Assembly: GCA_002269645.1 (NCBI GenBank)
Contig: NIVC01000019.1
Span: forward strand, 1,506,275 to 1,570,274
Length of the DNA stretch: 64,000 bases
Direction: 5' to 3'
DNA from: Macrostomum lignano
Lineage: Eukaryota
A model generated the notes under the pieces. The model saw nothing but the letters and a program-made list of their open reading frames with translations, made no database searches and was not told where the DNA came from. The position numbers and the translations under genes are program-made. Positions 57,175 through 64,000 of the stretch are shown here, in pieces. Numbering within the stretch: position 1 is the stretch's first letter; each line of letters opens with the position of its first letter.

Positions 57175-59191
57175 TCAAAGGCTAGAGGGCTGAATCTCAT
57201 TGTCGAAATCTTCAAACATGCTCTTCGCTCGTGTCTGAGCAGTCGAGGCTTCGTGCGCCCAGGCGTCCTTGCCAACCGGGGCGCCGCCATCGCGCCTGGC
57301 GGAGTCGCTGACGCGAGATCGATTGCGCCGGAACTTTGAGGCCATCAGGAAGAGCAGCTGGATGAACTCTGTGCAGGAGATGATGCTCAAGCCAGCCCAG
57401 AGTCCTGTGGTTTTTTTAAATATCGTTGCGTTGTGTTGTGTCAAATAATCAACTTACTGCATGAAGATAGTCATGCAAGGATGTCATTATAAAACAACAA
57501 TACTCACCCAGAACTCCGCCAACATCGGACCAGAACTGCTCGGGTGGGTAAGAGTACTTCTCCACAGTGCTGACGCCTTCGTTCCCGTTAGCCAGTAGTA
57601 CAACTCGCGTAAACAGCAGGCGCGTGCTCAGGCCGAGCTTGAAGAGATTCTTGCCGACTCGCTCCAAGTCGCCATAATAGACACTGTTGTTTATGGCCCA
57701 TTCCTTATATAAATTGCTAGTCTTGGCCACTTCGTCCAGTTTGGCTTGGAAGTTTTTGTCGCTGAATTCGGAGATAAGCTTGGTGGAGAGGCTGCTGAAG
57801 GGGTAGGCTACAGTCTCGCATGGTTTAAGACAGCTGTCCCTATAGCCTGGGTTCTCAGCTAGAAATGCCTCGGCGTCCTTGTGACACTGGCGTCTGGTCA
57901 AGATGCCAGTAGCTTGGGCCAACGCCATCGAATCCAGGTAGGTGGTGTTCCATTTGCTCCAGTAGGAGTAGTTGCAGGGAAGTGTCAGATTTACTGTGGC
58001 GTTCCAGCAGAGCGTGAAATTCGTCGACGCAACGTACCGATCGATGTACTGAACAGTTTTATTGGCGACAGTCGTGTATGGATACTGGATGAGACTGGGA
58101 TCGATTTCGTGACAGTAGGGCTTGGTGCTGGCCAGAGACGACGGCACGAGGTACTTCTCAGACAGGCAGGAACACCTGCCGACTATGATCTCCTGGGCCT
58201 TGACACTTTCGCAGGCATCTTTAGTGTAAGCAAACGATCTCAGTTTATCAAATTGCAGCAGGGTCAAAGGGCTCGGATTCTCGGCGCACTTTTTTACAGG
58301 CGAGTTGATCGACTTGGACCGTTCGATTCCGGCGCTAATAACGTAGTTGCGCGTCTCCGATACCTGCACATCCTGCGAGTGGTCCGGAACCGTGTTCGGC
58401 GGATGAACGTACATGGAGTAGCCAAAGTTGAAGTCAAACCTCTCCATATTGGTAATTGCTTTGTAGTAAGGAACGCTCGGATTCTGTACAAATATGAAGG
58501 AGAACAGCATTAGGTCCAAGGCGCTCTGCTCACCAGCCTGGAATACCCGCCTGTCTGTCATGGAAACGGTAACGCAAGCTTCACTCAGAGGATCGAAGAA
58601 AATAGTCATGTTCCAGGGTCCGCAAGTTTCGCCCCGAAAGTTGCAATAGAGGACCGTTGTCACCGGATTCCGTGTCATGTTGGCCTCGACCGTGTACTTA
58701 CGAAGCGAGTAGCGAGCAATCTCTGGGGCGATGAAGCCCTCACCAGCGGCTGTCCAGAAATTGTACGTGTTGCGGAAGGCTGTCTGGACGCTGAGATCAC
58801 CGCCTAGTGATGGTATGGTAGCGTTGGAGTCCTGCGTACAGGCCAGATCGCGACGGCACCATACGGACTCGTGATAAGGTTGATTTGGGCAGAATGTCAC
58901 GTCGGGCAGCACAAACGGCTCGCTGTTGTACTTCGTCTCCACGGTGACAATGTACTGCAAATAGTTTATAGCCAGGAGTATGATGTGCACCCCGAACGCA
59001 ATCAGGGCGCAACAGATAATGAGCATCCAGAGACGACGCACTGCTTTGTTCTCTACTCGCAGCTTATAGAAACCATGTGCCGTCGTGTGCTGTAGAAAAT
59101 TGTTGAGAAGAGGCTCCGGTTGTTGGCCTCCTGTAACTGGGTTATCTACCGACTCCTCCGCTTTGGGAAGATTCTCTTGAGAGCTCGACAT
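57175..59191 (-). CDS. DEG/ENaC (amiloride-sensitive Na+ channel superfamily) subunit 1, ~637 aa, 2 exons
   Basis: HTTAHG pre-TM1 motif, PDVTFC, Cys-rich thumb, and DVGGVLG|LWAGLSIISCTEF (GxS filter). Exons 59191-57508 and 57404-57175. Confidence 0.93.
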
Positions 59192-60540
59192 TCTTCCGTT
59201 GAACTACTGCTTTGGTTCAACTGGAGATTGAAACAAGTAAGAACTGTCGGGTGTGTATGCTAACTGAGAGGCAGGTGGTTAAGCTTTAAATTAGTAAAAG
59301 GAGCGAGACTTACCACCGATGACGCTATTCTCCACTGGGTTTGATATTGCCGTCTCCAATACAACTATCAAGGTCCAGGCGTGAAATTTAAGTTTGCCCA
59401 ATCTTCTTTAGTCAAATTTCTCACGGGTGGGTCTGCATGTTTTTCCTCTTTTGTCGGCCTCTTTTTTTAAAGCTTCCTGATGAAGAACCGAGGAAATTAA
59501 CTTTGCCCGCACCTCAGCCTCGTCCCCCGTTACTAAAAAAGCAATGCGTGGGTGAGTGGTTGATTGCCGAATAGGGAGCTGCGCTGGAAGATTGGCAGCA
59601 AGTTTTCTTGCATTTCGATTGGCCGCGAATTGCAGCGGAGACTGCAACAGCCAGAAAATACGAGTAAGTATTGGTCGTTTGTTGAAGGAGAAAACTTTTT
59701 TCTCCTTCCCGCAAACCTGAGCACCACAGCGCCTGACTTTTTGAGAAGAAAATTAGATTTCCCCCCTTCTCACTCACGCGTGGATCGATAGCGCCGGTCC
59801 GTGTGGCCTTCCGTTTTCCATCTTCCTGAGGGTCAATGCAACAGCCGCTAGCTAAGAAAAACTAACCTGAGAGCCTCGTAGTGAGCCTTCGTTAGAGAAG
59901 GAGAGGTTATTTCAGCTTTTTATTAATAATTCAGAGTTTGTAATGCCCTTCCTCGCAGTTACCAAGGCGACGGCAGTGCTACTAATCACAAAGTCTAATA
60001 TTCCAGGCGAAATTTTCTTCAGAATTTCTACCTCTCCTGAAGCCTCATCAACTTGATTAAGTCTCTCTTCCTAAACTCACGGATTGGACCACCCATGAAT
60101 AACTGCCCCCCTCCCCCACACTGAGCAAGCCGTCGCTTTGGTAAGCGAACCTCTTAAAGTGACCGTCACGGTTAGAGACTCCGGTTGTCAACGGCAACCA
60201 ACAAAATCACCGGTACGGTAGATTGCCGCCCATCGTTTTTATTGCCTTGTCGGTTCTTTTGTGCCAGAAAGCACACAGAGAGAGCTCTAAAACCCGCAGG
60301 AAAAGAATTGGTCCCAAAGGACCGTCGTGATTTAAATTTTCCATTTCCACTACTCAATTGTCTTAATTTGAGCATCTTGGTCTTAAGGAGGTAAGAATTC
60401 ATTTGTCTCTGAAATAACCGTAGCAATAGTTTTATTAGTAGCCAGAAACTATATTATGATTATAGCTTACACAATTTCATCGTATAATCTTATAATTTAA
60501 ACTGTCGATGTCTGTTTCTATTTGCTCGAATAGGCCAGAG

Positions 60541-62371
60541 ATGGACGAGATTAAAAAGGAAAATGCTGCTCAAAGTGGCATTACAGGCGATGAACCCCAG
60601 GACTCCGACAAAAAACCTTCGCAAGAAGACGGAAACGGCAGCGCTGGTATAGTATCCGAGTTCTTTGTGACTACAACGGCTCATGGTTTCCTGCATATTG
60701 TTCAAAACTCGATTTACCTCCGCATTGTCTGGGCTCTGCTTATTGTGATCGCGTTTGGAGGATTTGGCCTCCATCTGAGCACTTTGGTGGAAAAGTACTT
60801 GTCCTATCCGCTGACGACAGAGATCCGGTATTCGGAGGTTGAGTTCGAATTCCCTGACGTGACGTCTGCCTTACAACAAAGTACAGGCACTGCCTCAACA
60901 TTGACGTCCGCGATCCAAGAATCGGTCTGGTGACTAATAGCACTGTGCCAAGCCTTGGAAATTACAATTTCTGGTCGGCACTAAACAATACCTTTACGTT
61001 TTGGAAGCAGGCTTACGGATTGAAGGACGATTTATTGATCAAATACAGCACTGTCGGTATGCGAAGCTACACGTACGAGATCAACATAACGAACCGGCGC
61101 ACCGATATCGCCACGGGAATCGAGTACAAGCAAAAAGCTTTGAACCTCGACAACGTCGTGGCCTACGACGATCCCGAGTTGTTCCGCTGTGCCACTGTGC
61201 GACCTAAGAACCGAGCCATCAATTCTGTCAACGATGCCATGGGTCTCATACTCAGCATATTCGATCAGTACATTGGAAATAAGACCACTCCGCTGATAGA
61301 CCGAGCCTGGGTTGCCGGCGTGCGAGTCACGCTTAGCGAGCCGAACGCCCGGCCAAACTTGATCAACTCATTCATCGTGCCACCTGGCACCATCAAGCAT
61401 ACAAAGGTTTCCATGACCAGACAGGAAAAGCGAAAGACGCCAAAGCAGGATTGTTACGAAAGCTCTAACGACCTGCCCATTCAGGTGTTGAATCCGGATG
61501 GCACGCTATCCAGCTATCGCTATACCCAGTCCGACTGCAGAGAGCTCGAATTACAAAAATATGTCATGCGAAAGTGCGGCTGCGTGAGCAACTTTAAACT
61601 CGTCCCGGCCGAGTTCAAGTCGCTGTCTGGCAGCCTGAAATATTGCCTCGACTTGGACCCAACGATCCTCAAGGCTAAGAAGATTTTTCTGGCCAACAGT
61701 TCCTCCAACGGGTCTCAGACGCTTTTAGTTGAAAAGTTCGATTCATCAGTGGTGCCCATGGAATTGATCCTGGCGCAAACTGGTTTTCGGGCCCAGCATG
61801 AGTGCCACTTGAAGGCTCTTGGGGACTTTGTTGCTTCGGCGGAGACCTGTCCACCGAGCTGCGTAGCGTACACCTACCAGGCCTACTCGTCCGAGTCTCT
61901 GTGGCCGTTTCAGATCGATCAATACTTTGCCGAGCGAATTCTCAATCTGTTCCAGTCGGCCTACAACTACAGCCTGGAGAAGGGCCTGCCGGTGCCGCTG
62001 TTCAAATGCTTCGAGGCTGGCGCTACCATCACCTCGAGGACTACTGGAAGATGATCGGCTATTTCAACCGGGTGGTGATATCGTCAAATAGTCTGCGGGC
62101 ACGCAGTACCAGGAAAAGGAGAGCTACCCACTTGCTGGTCTGTTCTCCAATATGGGCGGAATTCTTGGTGAGTGGCAGACTAGACGCTACGCGTAACCGA
62201 CGCGTATTGAAATTTTCAATCATAAATCCCTCAAATCTGACACTGACAGGACTCTACGTTGGCGTGAGCGTGATATCGGTGTGCGAATTTCTCGAATTTC
62301 TCACCCTGCTGACCGTTCACTGGGTGAATCGAAAAAATCGATCTTCGGGTAGAAACGAGGCTGCGACTTAA
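60541..62371 (+). CDS. DEG/ENaC subunit 2, 2 exons, with three frameshifts as given (sequence error or young pseudogene)
   Basis: TTTAHG, FPDVT/VC, Cys-rich domain, FNRVV, and NMGGILG|LYVGVSVISVCEF. Intron 62168-62249 is in the same position and phase as in subunit 1. Frameshifts at ~60862, ~62000-62030 and ~62090-62113. Confidence 0.85.
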
Positions 62372-63394
62372 GCTATCTAACGGTATTAATCCTGTAATAT
62401 TAGATATGCATGGGCTCACTTCTGCGCGACATATTCGAATATTTACAGTCGCCTCCGTATAGGCAATTGACAAAAGGCGGAAACTTTGAATGCGCTAGAC
62501 TTTAATATCTTACTGCAACCATGGAATATTCATATCGTGCTTATATCTGCTTATAAATAGATTACGTTTTTGCACAAATTAACTATTATAGAACATATTT
62601 TGTTAACTTTTTAGAAGTCCCCGGTAGTATCCTTGCGATTCGTTGCCATGCAGAGCTATAATCTTTACTTTAAACCCTGTTGATTCGCTCGTGCGAGTGT
62701 ATTATTCAGAATACGGATATTTCAGCTACGAGTAAATGATCTTTTCGCAAGCTTTACTACTACTTGCATACAGTAGTACGTCAGTGCTGGCTCGAACATG
62801 CCTCTATTTTCTACTTCGAAGTATGAGCTATTTTTGCACGAAAGTCTCTCAATAGTTGCTTGCACCAATCTTGATTACAATACTTTTGCTGTATTTTTTT
62901 GACGTCGTCTGTGTAAGTCTTACAAAGGCTACTTTATTGACTAAATAAAACTTCTAAGCATCAAAAGCCGATCTCTGTTTTTATCGATTCGACAATCGAC
63001 AAAAAGAAAAAGAGCTTCAAGTGTTAAGGCCTGCCATACATGTATAAACAACATAAGTGCCGCTGTATATGGTGAGCCACCAGAATTTTCCTGATAAAAG
63101 TGGACAGGTTCTGACTGGCACAGTCTGGATCGGTATTTTTAGCTGAGCCGTTTTTCTATAGATATTCAGCAAGTGGCTCTTAAAAATAGAAAGCAATTTA
63201 CATAGCGACCTCGCATTTCGGCGCTTATCTGCTAAGCTTGATACTTCACAGGCATTAAGTAACGCCTAAATACTTAAAGACACTCCTGCATTGACCTTGC
63301 CCGATATTTCAAGCCGGATTTTTAAGTAGCTTGTTGGCGGAATATTTCTAATCCTGCTTCTTTCTTATACACATCGTGCGGCGTCCAAATTGTA

Positions 63395-63897
63395 ATGAAT
63401 AAAGCGGAGGCTTTCTCAAGGTCACCAGAAGGCGATCGTCAACAGTCCATCGAAAGCTTGGGTTTTCTGTCGAGTTATTTGCGTGGCCATTAGTTTCGTC
63501 TGTTGCTATCAGTTACTATGGCATCAAGTTCATGCAGAGCTCCATCAACGCCCAGCAAGGCCTCGGCACAGCCAGCTTAGCCGTGGTGTACGCGTCCGTC
63601 CTGTTCTCATCCTTGGTCCTGGCCAATCCGCTGGTTGAGACAATCGGCCAAAGCACTGCCTGTCCTTTGCTATGCTGGGCTACATGAGCTACATCGCTTT
63701 CAACGCTTATCCGTCATTCTACACACTGATTCCGGCTAGCTGATTGTTGGCCTGTGCTCTGCTCCGCTGTGGGCGAGCATGGCCAGGTATAACATGCAGC
63801 TAGCAAGCCTGTACTCAGCAGCAACTGGCGGTGGCAAATCTTTGGCAGCATCCTCTGCGCTGGTGTTTGGACTGTTCTATGCGATATCTAACACGTG
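63395..63897 (+). CDS. UNC93: UNC-93-like MFS-type membrane protein, first exon, frameshifted as given; continues beyond the window
   Basis: QSSINAQQGLGTASLAVVYAS, MLGYMSYIAFNAYP.FYTLIP and GLCSAPLW match the UNC-93 family N-terminal half. Single-base deletions near 63647 and 63740, and more upstream. Probable donor GTGAGA at ~63897. Confidence 0.8.
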
Positions 63898-64000
63898 TGA
63901 GACGCTTTCAATCCACTACTGTACCGTTTCATCAGCTTTGGGACTGAGATTCAAATATGATTGTGCGACGACTGGGAAGATGGTAAAGATCTTGGAGAAA

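Overview
This is animal (eukaryotic) genomic DNA. The compact, intron-poor, GC-rich genes and minisatellite-filled introns suggest a free-living flatworm such as Macrostomum, but the taxon is inference only. Genes supported from sequence: a class A GPCR fragment at the left edge, ULK1/Atg1 (4 coding exons), a small membrane protein, a tandem DUF1330-like gene, a single-ORF CLK/LAMMER kinase, and a ~1450-aa C2H2 zinc-finger protein. Also present are a non-alpha nAChR-like subunit that runs into a (GATA)n array before TM4, a secreted double C-type lectin, a 5-exon orphan gene, two head-to-head DEG/ENaC paralogs and an UNC-93-like gene; the last ENaC and UNC-93 are frameshifted as given. Mobile DNA: a CMC/EnSpm-type non-autonomous transposon and a TRIM-like LTR element with a tRNA-Glu-like PBS, both nested in one 28-bp satellite. 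There is also a tRNA-derived CORE-type SINE family (5 copies), several MITEs and a mariner relic, plus about 11 minisatellite families and three long (TCTA)n arrays. The most notable signals are: (i) a ~3.4-kb CpG-depleted domain upstream of ULK1, measurable with two copies of one MITE (17 vs 3 CpG); (ii) LTR differences confined to the U5 end; (iii) a repeated atypical zinc-finger module with a WKxGxFG tail; (iv) TCA-N-TGA and other dyad cores shared by unrelated satellites. No CRISPR, rRNA or genuine tRNA gene is supported.
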